Assembly: GCA_021205455.1 (NCBI GenBank)
Contig: JAJPXL010000089.1
Location: 68,570 to 132,569, forward strand
From: Clostridiales bacterium
Lineage (GTDB): Bacteria > Bacillota > Clostridia > Oscillospirales > Oscillospiraceae
Length of the DNA stretch: 64,000 nucleotides
Reading direction: 5' to 3'
A program made the position numbers and the translations under genes. Positions 9,547-18,480 of this stretch are shown here, one piece after another. Numbering within the stretch: the stretch's first letter is position 1; each line of letters opens with the position of its first letter. The notes under the pieces were generated by a model. It was not told the DNA's origin. It ran no database searches and saw only the letters and a program-made list of their open reading frames with translations.

Positions 9547-9575
9547 ATTCTAACAGCTGGCTCGAAAAATATCAA
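9547..9575 (-). promoter_or_regulatory. Candidate sigma-A promoter (TTGATA-17-TAGAAT) for the nicotinamidase-like gene
   Basis: The hexamers and spacing were read on the minus strand. It would give only a ~15-nt leader, so this is uncertain. Confidence 0.4.
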
Positions 9576-9640
9576 TACAAAGGTGTCTCAAAATCAATGC
9601 TTTTTATTCACGCATGACGAACTCCACAGCAGCGACGCCG

Positions 9641-10435
9641 TCACTGCGCCTTTCCAAACACTTCCCCAAATTTCTGATAATTCCCGCCCCTTGCGCTGTC
9701 GATTACCGCATACACCAGCTTTACCGGTTCACGCCAAGCCGTGCAAGCCGCTTCCGCCTGGAATAGCTTTGCGACTTCCGTGCCGTCCTGGCAGAACACG
9801 CCGCAGCCAAATGCACCGAGGATTGCCGTGTTGACGTGCTGCTCGTTCAGAATGTCCAGCACGAAACGGATGCGGCTGCGAAGGGCAGCGCTGTTTTCCT
9901 CTTTGGACACATGGTAGTATTGTGCCGCGGTGCCAAAATCGGGGGAGGCACAGGTCAGCACATCGAACGGAGCTGCCTCACCGTTGTGCTCAAACATCAC
10001 ATCAGGGGTATACAGCGCCGCGTTCGTATACAGCGCCCGATTGAGCGTCTTGTTGTTTTGCGCATAATACTTCTGCTGCTGGGAGAGGACGTTATACAGG
10101 AAGCTCTCGTGGCACAGGCACTCCTCCTGGGCCCTGGAGCCGACGAGGAATCCGCCGCCGGGGTGCTTGTAACTGGCAAAGTTCAAAATAGCGGTTTTCC
10201 CATTCCGCTCCTGATAGGCGGCGGATACGCTGTCCAGCGGTACCAGCAGTTCGGTATAAGAAGCAGCAGGTTCCTGCGAGGGAGCCGAAGTAATCTGCCC
10301 CCGATACGTCTGCGTTTTTAAAACGCACGAGCTGATCTCCTGGCGATAGCGCTCAGCCATCTCCTTCGTGCGGGCCTCGGCGATCTGTGCGCGAGCACCC
10401 TTGTTCTGCCAATTATATTGTGGATTGTTGCTCAT
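9641..10435 (-). CDS. TIGR02452-family macrodomain protein (microbial PARG-like / DUF2263)
   Basis: Family-typical blocks: AILNFASYKHPGGGFLVGSRAQEECLC, LTCASPD, AILGAFGCGVF. The start (MSNNPQYN) overlaps the stop of the upstream lipoprotein gene (ATGA at 10432-10435). Confidence 0.8.
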   Translation of the reverse strand: MSNNPQYNWQNKGARAQIAEARTKEMAERYRQEISSCVLKTQTYRGQITSAPSQEPAASYTELLVPLDSVSAAYQERNGKTAILNFASYKHPGGGFLVGSRAQEECLCHESFLYNVLSQQQKYYAQNNKTLNRALYTNAALYTPDVMFEHNGEAAPFDVLTCASPDFGTAAQYYHVSKEENSAALRSRIRFVLDILNEQHVNTAILGAFGCGVFCQDGTEVAKLFQAEAACTAWREPVKLVYAVIDSARGGNYQKFGEVFGKAQ

Positions 10436-12502
10436 GGTAAAGTCTCCTTTTCGTCTGTTGCGGGTGTGTCGAAAAACCGTTCCCAATACACGTCTGTCCA
10501 ATCCTCCGTGTCAAATGCGGCGCGAATACCGTCGCACATGATTTGGAGCTTCTGCTGAATGGCCGGGTACTCCATCAGCGCCTGCGCCGTGTCGTCATCA
10601 GCCATAATGTATTCCATGATTCTGGCGCGGTCTTCTTTATCATAGCTCTGGGCATAACTGTCTACAAAGTAGACCTCCTCCGCGCCGCCAAAGTAGGTAT
10701 ACGCCTGGGCTTCCTCGGCATAGTCGAGATAGTCATAGGAGTAATAGTACTCAAACCCATCAGGGTTGCAATCGTCCCAGGAACCGTCATAGAATCCGTA
10801 AAAATCAGAGTCAAAGATTTTGTTTTCTGTCGCGTGCCATAGCTCGTGACAGAAATTTTGTTTTAAGGCGTAGTTCGGTTCAGTGATGTCTACGCAGATG
10901 AATTCCCGCGTTTCAATGCTGTACTCAAACCCCGCGACATCCATGTTGCGGTCGCCGGAGATGCTGCCAGTCAGCAGGAAGTAAATACCATCCTCGCCAG
11001 TTTCCGTTTGGAACTGGGCGAAGAAGTCGGCAGGGTAGAGGGACAGTGCAGATTCCAGATCCTTCAACGAAGACAGAACATCGGCACACTCAACTTCCAA
11101 TCCGAGTTCGTCCGTAGTTGTCACATCAAATTCAGAGGCGTTACAGGGCCCGGCACACTGAGCGCCCAGCAGGATATGGACATCATAGGTTTCTTCCAGT
11201 TCATCCGCCTTTGCCCGTGCATCGGTCATCGAATCCGGCAGGGCAACTGGCGTCAGCTCGGCTTGATATGCGCTCAGCGTCTCGCTGTCAATGCGTTCCT
11301 CGGCGCTGACTTCCTCGGCCTGCCCTGCCAGAGTAAAGGCCATCTGTGTCGGGTCCAGAATTGCCATTTGGCTGCTGCTGTCGGCGTAAAAGCTCACAAC
11401 AATGAGATTCTGTTCCTCCAGGTAGGTATAGGAATAAGGCGCGTAGGGCAGCCCGGATTCTTCCAAGTCTGCAACCTCCACGCTGCCATCTGCATTCATG
11501 CGATAGAGCAGGCTTCCGTACACTACCTCTTCTGCGCTGTCTTCTGACCATGTATAGGTCGTGGAAATGGCATAGTTGGAATAGGGGAGCAGAGATGTAT
11601 CGGAATAAGTACCCTCTATTGCGGAAACTGTGTAGCGATGCAGCGCTTCCTCCCCGTCCAGCGCACCGTAAAAGAACTGAAGGTCTTCGGAGTCCGTGAC
11701 GTATTCCAGGCTGTAGAAGGAATCGCCAACGCACACGACATCGGACAGGTTCGAGCTTAACAGAAGCACTTCTCCGGTTCCCACATCCACAAGGGCCATA
11801 CTCTGGTTATAGGAATACAGTGAAGTGCGCACCCAGCAGAACAGGTAGTTCCCATCGGCATAGATGCTGCTGATGGATGCGATTCTGAATTCGTGTTCCA
11901 GCGAGATACGGGTATCTTCGCCAGTGGTGAGGTTTCGTCCATACAGAGCGCCATCCGTCTCGTAGTAATACAGGCTGTGGTCGCTTGAAAACTGCCCGTC
12001 TGTATTGGGGGGTGTCCACTTTGGTCAGTTCAAGCGCTTCATCCATCAGGTAGAAGCTGTCGTCCTGATAGGAAAGAAAGAGGGAGTTTCCGTCCGAAAA
12101 GGTGCGCTTATATTCAAGATACTGGTCGAAAAACACCATATCTTCAACTGCATCGGCTGCCAAATCGACAATGCAGACGCCTGTGCCGCTGTCCTCACCG
12201 TCTGTGGCAAAGTCCGTCCAGCAGCAGAACACGCGCCCATCCTCAAGGCCAGCCATCGAGGGCACAGAAGAAGCGGAGAAGGAGGACAGAACGGTGACGG
12301 CCTGTTCCGGCTCCCATGACTGATTCTCAACAGGTGCAGCAGATTCCTCCGGCTCCGCTGCGGATTCGGAAACGACTGACACAGAGGGTTCCTCCACCAC
12401 TGAACTGACCGGGTCGGAAACCGCAATTCTCCCGCATCCGGTGCAGCACAGAAAGGCGGCGGCAAGCGTACAGCAAAAGGCTGCTTTGCGCTGGAATGAC
12501 AT
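10432..12502 (-). pseudogene. Large secreted lipoprotein with a C-terminal HExxH domain, interrupted by a single frameshift at a G6/C6 run
   Basis: Two ORFs (11807-12511 and 10432-11832) join into one sensible reading frame if one base is removed at 12007-12012. My translation gives ...KVDTPNTDGQFSSDHSLYYYETDGALYGRNLTTGEDTRISLEHEFRIASISSIYADGNYLFCWVRTSLYSYNQ... The N-terminus is MSFQRKAAFCCTLAAAFLCCTGCG (signal peptide, lipobox-like). FCHELWHATE lies near the C-terminus. The ATG at 12502 has an AAGGTG RBS. Confidence 0.65.
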
Positions 12503-12540
12503 TCTTATCACCTTAGTTTTGATTGTAGTAGCATACCATT

Positions 12541-12568
12541 ATTATAGGGCAAACGCCGTCAAAGTCAA
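12541..12568 (-). promoter_or_regulatory. Sigma-A promoter (TTGACT-16-TATAAT) for the lipoprotein gene
   Basis: Near-consensus hexamers read on the minus strand, about 35 nt upstream of the start codon. Confidence 0.65.
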
Positions 12569-12680
12569 TCTATTTTCGCCGGGCAAAAGCGGGCAGGGGA
12601 GACCACTGACTTCCCTCTATAATGACCGCCCGACAAACTGTCATCGGCCAAGGCGGCAACGCGGACCATACAGCAAATAA

Positions 12681-12722
12681 GGTAAAAGGAAACCCGCGCC
12701 CTGTTGCCAAGGCGCGGGATTT
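12681..12722 (-). terminator. Terminator downstream of the yesL-like gene (bidirectional shape)
   Basis: CCCGCGCC (12693-12700) pairs with GGCGCGGG (12711-12718). T-rich tails on both strands. Confidence 0.6.
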
Positions 12723-12804
12723 TGTCCGTACTCAAATCAGGTTGGGCCTGTCCGGCCTTTAGCCGGAATGATTCGCCTGCGGTAGGCGATGCAGTGATGA
12801 TGCA

Positions 12805-14193
12805 TCACTCCCCCAGCAGCAGGGCGAGGACATCACTGTCCGCTCCCGTCGCAGGGAGGACGGTGTACTCCGCCAGCAGTTCCTGACCGGTGAGGTCGGC
12901 ATCGATGTCCTCCACCGTGGAGTAGGTTCCGGCGTCCAACCCGGAGAGGACAGGGGATTCCCCCCACGTTGTGGCGCGGGCGGTGTCCATCTGGTCGGCG
13001 TACAGCTCCAGGAAGCCCTCGGCGTCCTCCACAATAAACAGGCTGCTCTCCCCACCGGCGACATCGGTGACCAGCAGGGTGGAGCCGGCGGTCTGTACGT
13101 CGGAGTCGGTGGCGCTGCCGTCAAAGACCACCTGATAGTCGTTCACCTGCACCACCACTTCGCCGTCCCCGTTCAGGTCGCCCACAAGCTCCCCCAGGGA
13201 GGTCTCCAGGGCGGAGAGAACGTTGTCCGGCAGAGAATCGGCGTGGACGAAGGCCACCTGGACGTCCGGCTCCCGGAAGCTGGTCACGGTCTGAATGACA
13301 CCAAGGGCCAGGCTGATGACCGCCACCAGCGCCAGCACAACGCCCCAATGCCGCCGCCACCAGATCTCGGTGCGCTGGCTCATGGTGTAATGGCCGGGTT
13401 TACCCTCCGGCACCTCCCGTTCCGGCGGCTCCTCCTGGGGGCCGTACTGCTCCACCAGGCCGGGCCGCTGGAGTTGGGCCACATACAAGGCCGGGGGCCA
13501 GACGCCCAGCACCGCTGACAGCGGCACGCTGACGGGGAACAGACTGCCCAGCAGAGCGCACCAGAGCAGCAGCCCCAGCGTGGCGGCCAGGGTGCGGAGA
13601 GGGGCCTCTGTCAGCAGGGTCAGGCTCTCCCTGATTCGCTGGGCCAGAGGCTGGCGCTGATAGCACAGAGGAGGGAAGAGGAGGGTCACTGCCAGCGCCG
13701 CCAGGAAGAAGTCCAGAATCAGCACGACCCACACCACAGGGGCGGGCAGCGTGCCGCCTTCCATCAGGTCGGAGGCGAAGCCGCCCACCGTCAGTAAACC
13801 GGCGACCAGCACTCCAACGGCCAACCCCTGGAGGGCAGCGGGCTTCCAGCAGGCGGACAGCGTGTGCCGGAATCCGGCGAACCATTCGTCCACCCGATTG
13901 GCAAAGCACCGGAGGGACAGATCCACCATCGCCGTCCAAAACGGCCCGGCGATGGCGCCGCCTACGGCCCCGCCAATCAGCGCCAGCCAGAAGTTTTCAT
14001 ACACCAGCCCCAGGCTGACGCCCAGCGCAGCAGGGAGGAACCCTGCGCAGCACAGCAGGTTTCCCAAGAGCAGCTTCCCCAGATTCTCCCAGAGCACCTG
14101 GAAGTAGCGGGCCGCGCCGGTGCGGGGCGGCTTATCCTCCTGCGGGGCGTGGGTCAGGTCGTTCAGACCGAAGAAGTTAAAGCGGCGTCTCAT
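12805..14193 (-). CDS. YesL-like (DUF624) membrane protein fused to an extra TM helix and a ~170-aa acidic extracytoplasmic domain
   Basis: The N-terminal ~240 aa are polytopic, with a DUF624-like opening (FNFFGLND...YFQVLWENLGKLLLGNLLCC). Then comes the TM helix WGVVLALVAVISLALGV and an Asp/Glu-rich tail. The gene sits beside yesM/yesN-type genes. Confidence 0.6.
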   Translation of the reverse strand: MRRRFNFFGLNDLTHAPQEDKPPRTGAARYFQVLWENLGKLLLGNLLCCAGFLPAALGVSLGLVYENFWLALIGGAVGGAIAGPFWTAMVDLSLRCFANRVDEWFAGFRHTLSACWKPAALQGLAVGVLVAGLLTVGGFASDLMEGGTLPAPVVWVVLILDFFLAALAVTLLFPPLCYQRQPLAQRIRESLTLLTEAPLRTLAATLGLLLWCALLGSLFPVSVPLSAVLGVWPPALYVAQLQRPGLVEQYGPQEEPPEREVPEGKPGHYTMSQRTEIWWRRHWGVVLALVAVISLALGVIQTVTSFREPDVQVAFVHADSLPDNVLSALETSLGELVGDLNGDGEVVVQVNDYQVVFDGSATDSDVQTAGSTLLVTDVAGGESSLFIVEDAEGFLELYADQMDTARATTWGESPVLSGLDAGTYSTVEDIDADLTGQELLAEYTVLPATGADSDVLALLLGE

Positions 14194-15004
14194 GGGTCAG
14201 CTCCTCAGGCAGGGCGGCTTCGGTCCCCCAGGCTTCGATTTGGGTCAGGGCAGGGAAGGGGGACGGGCCTTCCGCCTGGATGAGGTCTTTCAGCACCAGC
14301 CATTCCACCGTTTTGGGCTGGAACCGGGTGACCTGGGGCAGCGGGCTGTCCGTCAGGGACAGGACAAGGCTGCTGCCGTCGGAGAAGGCCACCGTGGCCC
14401 CCGTCCAGTAGTTGTCATGGGGATAATCCCCCCGGAGGGTGAGCCGCAGCTCGTCCAGCACAACCTCCCGGCCAAAGGCCAGGGTCAGGGCGGCGTTGGG
14501 GTCCCGATTGATGCCCCAGCTCTGATAGGGGTACTCCCCGTGGGCGCTGTTTTCAAAGATGCCGTCGATGGCGTTCCGGGCGGCGAAAACCGCCTCCCCT
14601 CTGGTCTCCACATTGGCGCTGGCGTGGGGGAAGAAACCGGTATCCCCGTGCGCGTCATAAGGGTTAAAAGCCAGATTCCGCCGACAGGCCACTTCCTCAG
14701 CCGTGGCCAGCCGCGCCCGGATGACGTGGCGGCTTCCGGTGAAGCTCTTGGGGCTGTAAGTGATGGCCTGCTCCCCAAAGGGGATATGAAAGTTGATTTC
14801 CCGCTTTTGCACATAGACCAGAGCGGGTAGCATGGTGTCCTCAAACTGGACGACGCAGAACTGCCCCGGCGTGCGGATTTCCAGAGCCACCCGGTCTCCC
14901 GGCCGATAGGCGGCGGTGTAGACCAGGCTGACCTGGCGGCCTGCGGGGCAAGTCATCAGGGTATGCCCCGCCTCATCCAAAACCTTGAGTTTGATGGTTT
15001 CCAT
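14177..15004 (-). CDS. Hypothetical protein, possible carbohydrate-binding (discoidin/CBM-like) protein
   Basis: Good ORF in operon context, with a 17-nt overlap with the downstream gene. I have only a weak recollection of the family, and no catalytic motif was recognised. Confidence 0.35.
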   Translation of the reverse strand: METIKLKVLDEAGHTLMTCPAGRQVSLVYTAAYRPGDRVALEIRTPGQFCVVQFEDTMLPALVYVQKREINFHIPFGEQAITYSPKSFTGSRHVIRARLATAEEVACRRNLAFNPYDAHGDTGFFPHASANVETRGEAVFAARNAIDGIFENSAHGEYPYQSWGINRDPNAALTLAFGREVVLDELRLTLRGDYPHDNYWTGATVAFSDGSSLVLSLTDSPLPQVTRFQPKTVEWLVLKDLIQAEGPSPFPALTQIEAWGTEAALPEELTHETPL

Positions 15005-15043
15005 TGTGGTACTCCTTTTTACGGTAAACGCGATGCTGTCCGC

Positions 15044-16300
15044 TCACCCCTGCAGCCGCTGCATATACTCCCGTGGGCTGACGCCCTCCAGCTTCTTAAA
15101 GACCTTGCTGAAATAGGAGGAGCTTTCAAAGCCCACCCGCTCGCTGATTTCGTAAATCTTCAGGTCGGTGGTGGCCATCAGCTCCTTGGCAGTGTTGATG
15201 CGGGTGGCGGTGACGAATTCCACAAAGCTGGACTCCCCGTTCTGGGAGAAGAGCTGGCTGAGATAGTTGGGGCTGAAATTAAAGACTGCCGCCACATCGT
15301 TCAGCGACAGCGGCTTGGACAGGTTCTGACAGATGTACTCCTGAATCTGGGCCACCGTCTGGGCGCGGCGGGGGGCCGGCGTGGTGGCCTGGGGCTGATA
15401 GTACAGGACGGGCTGGGCATCCGTGACCTGGGTCAGGATGGAGAGGGCGGTGCGCTGGCTCTGCTGCACCTTTAAAATATCCTGCACCGGCTGGCCCACC
15501 GCCCAGTGAATGGGGGTGCTGAAATAGCCATACAGAATTTGCCCAGCCTTTTTCAGCACCTCATCCAGCCGCCGCTCCAGCCCAACGGGGGAATCCAGCG
15601 GCAGCAGGACGTAGAAGTGGCTCAGGTTGCTGGCGGTGACGGTACAGGGGAGGTATTTTGGCAGGACATCCGCCGCCATATTGGTGACGCCGGCGCTGAG
15701 GGTGGCCAGCTGCTCTGTGGGAAGCTCCCGGCAGGTGAACCTGGCCGCCGCCACAGTGTACCACGGCGCGTCAAAGTGAAGCCCCAGCTGGCTGCACAGG
15801 TCGTCAAAGTAGGCCCTGTCCTGGAACAGACCGCCGTAAAGCTGAATGAACAGCCTGTCCCGATACTGCTCCAGGCCGCTGGCAGCGGGGACGGATTCCG
15901 GCGTACGAAGGGCACACTCCTTTTTCACGTTCTCAATGGCACGGTGGAGGGCGCCCTCCAGCAGCTCCGGGGTCAGGTCCATCTTCACCAGATACTCCAC
16001 CGCCCCCAGGCGCAGGCTGCGCTTCACATAGTTGAACTCCTCAAAGCTGGTCAGCATGATGAACACGGGGAGGGCGTCGTCCACCTCCCGGCACTTCTCC
16101 GCCAGATCCAGCCCGTCCATGACAGGCATCATCACATCACAAATCACGATGTCCGGCCGATGCTGCTGAATAATGGCCCAGGCGTCAGCGCCGTTTCGGG
16201 CGGTGCCGACGATTTCCAGCCCCAGCTTCCCCCAGTTCAGCATACTCTGCATCCCGATCAGCACCAGGGGTTCATCATCTACCAGAAGCACCTGTATCAT
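15044..16300 (-). CDS. YesN-type response regulator (receiver + AraC-family HTH)
   Basis: MIQVLLVDDEPLV...DIVICDVMMPVMDGL receiver. The C-terminus is AraC HTH (LSLNDVAAVFNFSPNYLSQLFSQ..., FESSSYFSKVFKK). Confidence 0.9.
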   Translation of the reverse strand: MIQVLLVDDEPLVLIGMQSMLNWGKLGLEIVGTARNGADAWAIIQQHRPDIVICDVMMPVMDGLDLAEKCREVDDALPVFIMLTSFEEFNYVKRSLRLGAVEYLVKMDLTPELLEGALHRAIENVKKECALRTPESVPAASGLEQYRDRLFIQLYGGLFQDRAYFDDLCSQLGLHFDAPWYTVAAARFTCRELPTEQLATLSAGVTNMAADVLPKYLPCTVTASNLSHFYVLLPLDSPVGLERRLDEVLKKAGQILYGYFSTPIHWAVGQPVQDILKVQQSQRTALSILTQVTDAQPVLYYQPQATTPAPRRAQTVAQIQEYICQNLSKPLSLNDVAAVFNFSPNYLSQLFSQNGESSFVEFVTATRINTAKELMATTDLKIYEISERVGFESSSYFSKVFKKLEGVSPREYMQRLQG

Positions 16301-16332
16301 GGTTGGTCTCTCCCTCCTGAATTTTTATCCCG

Positions 16333-18171
16333 CTATGTAGCGTTGGTATCCGCCGGAGGCAGCTCCGGCAGGCGGACGGTGACGGTGGTCCCAACCCCCG
16401 GCGTGCTCTCCAGCGTCAGGCCATAATAAGGCCCAAAGCTGTATTGCAGCCGCCGGTGGACGTTCCACAGCCCAACATCTCGGAATTTTGCCTTGGGTTC
16501 CTCCGGAGGAGGCTGGAGGACGTGCTCCATCTGCTCCGGGGTCATGCCCACGCCGTCGTCCGCCAGGAGGACCAGAATGTCATGCCGCTCCTCGTCCCGA
16601 CAGATGGTGACGGTGATTTGCCCGGCGCAGCCCTTCGGCTCGATGCCGTGGAAGATGGCGTTCTCCGCCAGAGGCTGGAGGGAGAACTGGGGGATGAGGG
16701 TGCCTGACAGCACCTGTTCCTCCGTTTCACACCGCACGTCGGCGGTGATGGTGCCGCCGTAGCGGTAGCGCTGAATGGTGAAATAGTCCTCCAGCAGGGA
16801 CAGCTCCTGTTCCAGCGGCACCAGACGCTGGGTGCTCTTGGAGACGCTTTTCAGCAACCGGGCCAGGGCGGTGACCATTTCCACAATGCCGGGGGCGTGC
16901 TGAATGGAGGCCATCCACTTAATGCTGTTCAGGGTGTTGTAAATAAAGTGGGGGTTGATTTGGCTCTGAAGCATCTGATACTCCAAATCCAGCCGTTTCT
17001 TCTCATCCTCCACCCGTTTATCCATCAGGCTGGTGATGTTCTGGGACAGATGGTTGATGCCACGGCCCACATCGCCCAGCTCATGGTTCCACTCAATGCC
17101 GGGGTTGACGGTGAAATCCCCCTGGGCCAGCGTCTCGATTTGCTGCTGCAACGCCCGAATGGGGTTGCTGATCAACTTATGGAGCAGCACCACCAGCAGG
17201 ATACCGAAGAACAGGATGGCAAGGACCATAATTGCAATGGTGCCCAGCATCTGGGGCAGCATTTCGCGGAAGGGCACATCCGGAATGGCCTCCGCCAGAT
17301 ACAGGCCGTGGACGCCGATGGGGATGGCAATCACGGAATAGCTGACGCCGTCCAGCTCTGTATGGTAGAGCAGGGTGCTGTCATCCAGGGTTGCGCCCCC
17401 ATCCTCATCCGTCTCCTCCAGAAGGAGGCTGTCCTCCGGCAGGGGAATCAGGCTGTCCCCCTCCACCTGGTAGACGGCAGCCCCCATCAGCCAGTAGAGC
17501 CGGGCATCCTCGTCCAACGCATACTGTTTCAGCACATCGGTGATGATGGCGGGGGAGACGGAGATATAGGCTTTTAAGGTATAGCGCCCGCTGACGCTGG
17601 TGGCGGAAGCCGTTACCGGAATCCCCTGCATGGAGGTTCCCGCCTGCATCAGCGGTTCGGTGCGGAGGACCTCCCAGGCGGTGTCCTCCCCGTCCAGGTC
17701 GGCCAGGAGGCGCAGCCGTTCCTCTGTCAGGGTGACAGACTGGGAGGTGGCGGTGCCCAGCATGATAAATTTGCTGTCCGACGCCCCATCGGTGCTGTAA
17801 ATCAGGAGGCGCTGAATGTAGTTGGAGGTGCTGACGGAATTATATTTGTCCTCAACGGTGGGGTAGAGGGTAGTCGCAAGGTTGCTGGAGACGCTGGTCA
17901 TCATATAGGTGCGCACAGTGGTGTTGGCGGTGCACCAGTTGGCCAGTTCGTCAATCTCCTTCACCCGCTGGGATAGGGAGGAGGTGGCGGTCTCCAGCTG
18001 GTACTCCGCCGCCTGGAGGTAGGTGCGTCTGGTCTGGATAGAGAGGTAGTAGACGCTGGAACACAGGACGACGGCGGCAATCAGGATGGTAAAGGCCAGC
18101 GTCAGAGCGACGACACGGGCGGAGATGCCGAAGCGTCTGCATCCCCTGTTCACCCTCGCCTGTGCCTTCAT
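16333..18171 (-). CDS. YesM-type sensor histidine kinase (2 TM, extracytoplasmic domain, HAMP, His_kinase/HATPase)
   Basis: LQSQINPHFIYNTLNSI (His box of the LytS/YesM class), LAENAIFHG, DDGVGM, GVGTT. Confidence 0.9.
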   Translation of the reverse strand: MKAQARVNRGCRRFGISARVVALTLAFTILIAAVVLCSSVYYLSIQTRRTYLQAAEYQLETATSSLSQRVKEIDELANWCTANTTVRTYMMTSVSSNLATTLYPTVEDKYNSVSTSNYIQRLLIYSTDGASDSKFIMLGTATSQSVTLTEERLRLLADLDGEDTAWEVLRTEPLMQAGTSMQGIPVTASATSVSGRYTLKAYISVSPAIITDVLKQYALDEDARLYWLMGAAVYQVEGDSLIPLPEDSLLLEETDEDGGATLDDSTLLYHTELDGVSYSVIAIPIGVHGLYLAEAIPDVPFREMLPQMLGTIAIMVLAILFFGILLVVLLHKLISNPIRALQQQIETLAQGDFTVNPGIEWNHELGDVGRGINHLSQNITSLMDKRVEDEKKRLDLEYQMLQSQINPHFIYNTLNSIKWMASIQHAPGIVEMVTALARLLKSVSKSTQRLVPLEQELSLLEDYFTIQRYRYGGTITADVRCETEEQVLSGTLIPQFSLQPLAENAIFHGIEPKGCAGQITVTICRDEERHDILVLLADDGVGMTPEQMEHVLQPPPEEPKAKFRDVGLWNVHRRLQYSFGPYYGLTLESTPGVGTTVTVRLPELPPADTNAT

Positions 18172-18309
18172 ACCGCATCCTCCTCCTTTTGCGCGCGTCC
18201 TGCGCCTGTCGGTATCACTTTCTTACCATATTCTATAAAAAATTGCGGTGCTTGTAAAGCAATCTTTTGTTATTTCCCAAAAAATTACAACAAATTGCCT
18301 TCTAAAACT

Positions 18310-18363
18310 AAAAATTTTACAGATATTTCTTAGGGAACCAAAAAAATTTACAGATACTTCTAC
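18310..18363. repeat. Two direct repeats (AAAwTTTACAGATAyTTCT), 31 bp apart, in the yesM / SBP intergenic region
   Basis: TTTACAGATA occurs at 18316-18325 and 18347-18356, with matching flanks. The repeats lie just upstream of an AT-rich candidate promoter (TTTAAA-17-TATGAT, 18374-18402). Confidence 0.7.
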
Positions 18364-18480
18364 AAAATGTACATTTAAAAGTGAGGCGAAATAGTATATG
18401 ATATTATCACCAACGGGGAGGTCAGAAACCCCGGAGCGGTTGAGGAAATCAACCAAAAAATTATCAGGAGGAATTGAACT

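Noticed and set aside
11757-11954. A 65-aa ORF in the third frame at the junction of the two lipoprotein ORFs.
   Set aside because: A single-base correction at 12007-12012 already joins the two large ORFs into one coherent protein. This small ORF is an out-of-frame artefact.
18310-18363. Short repeats here, at 49293-49344 and at 63227-63274, as CRISPR or other arrays.
   Set aside because: Each has only two copies, no regular repeat-spacer periodicity and no cas genes. They sit in promoter or leader regions.
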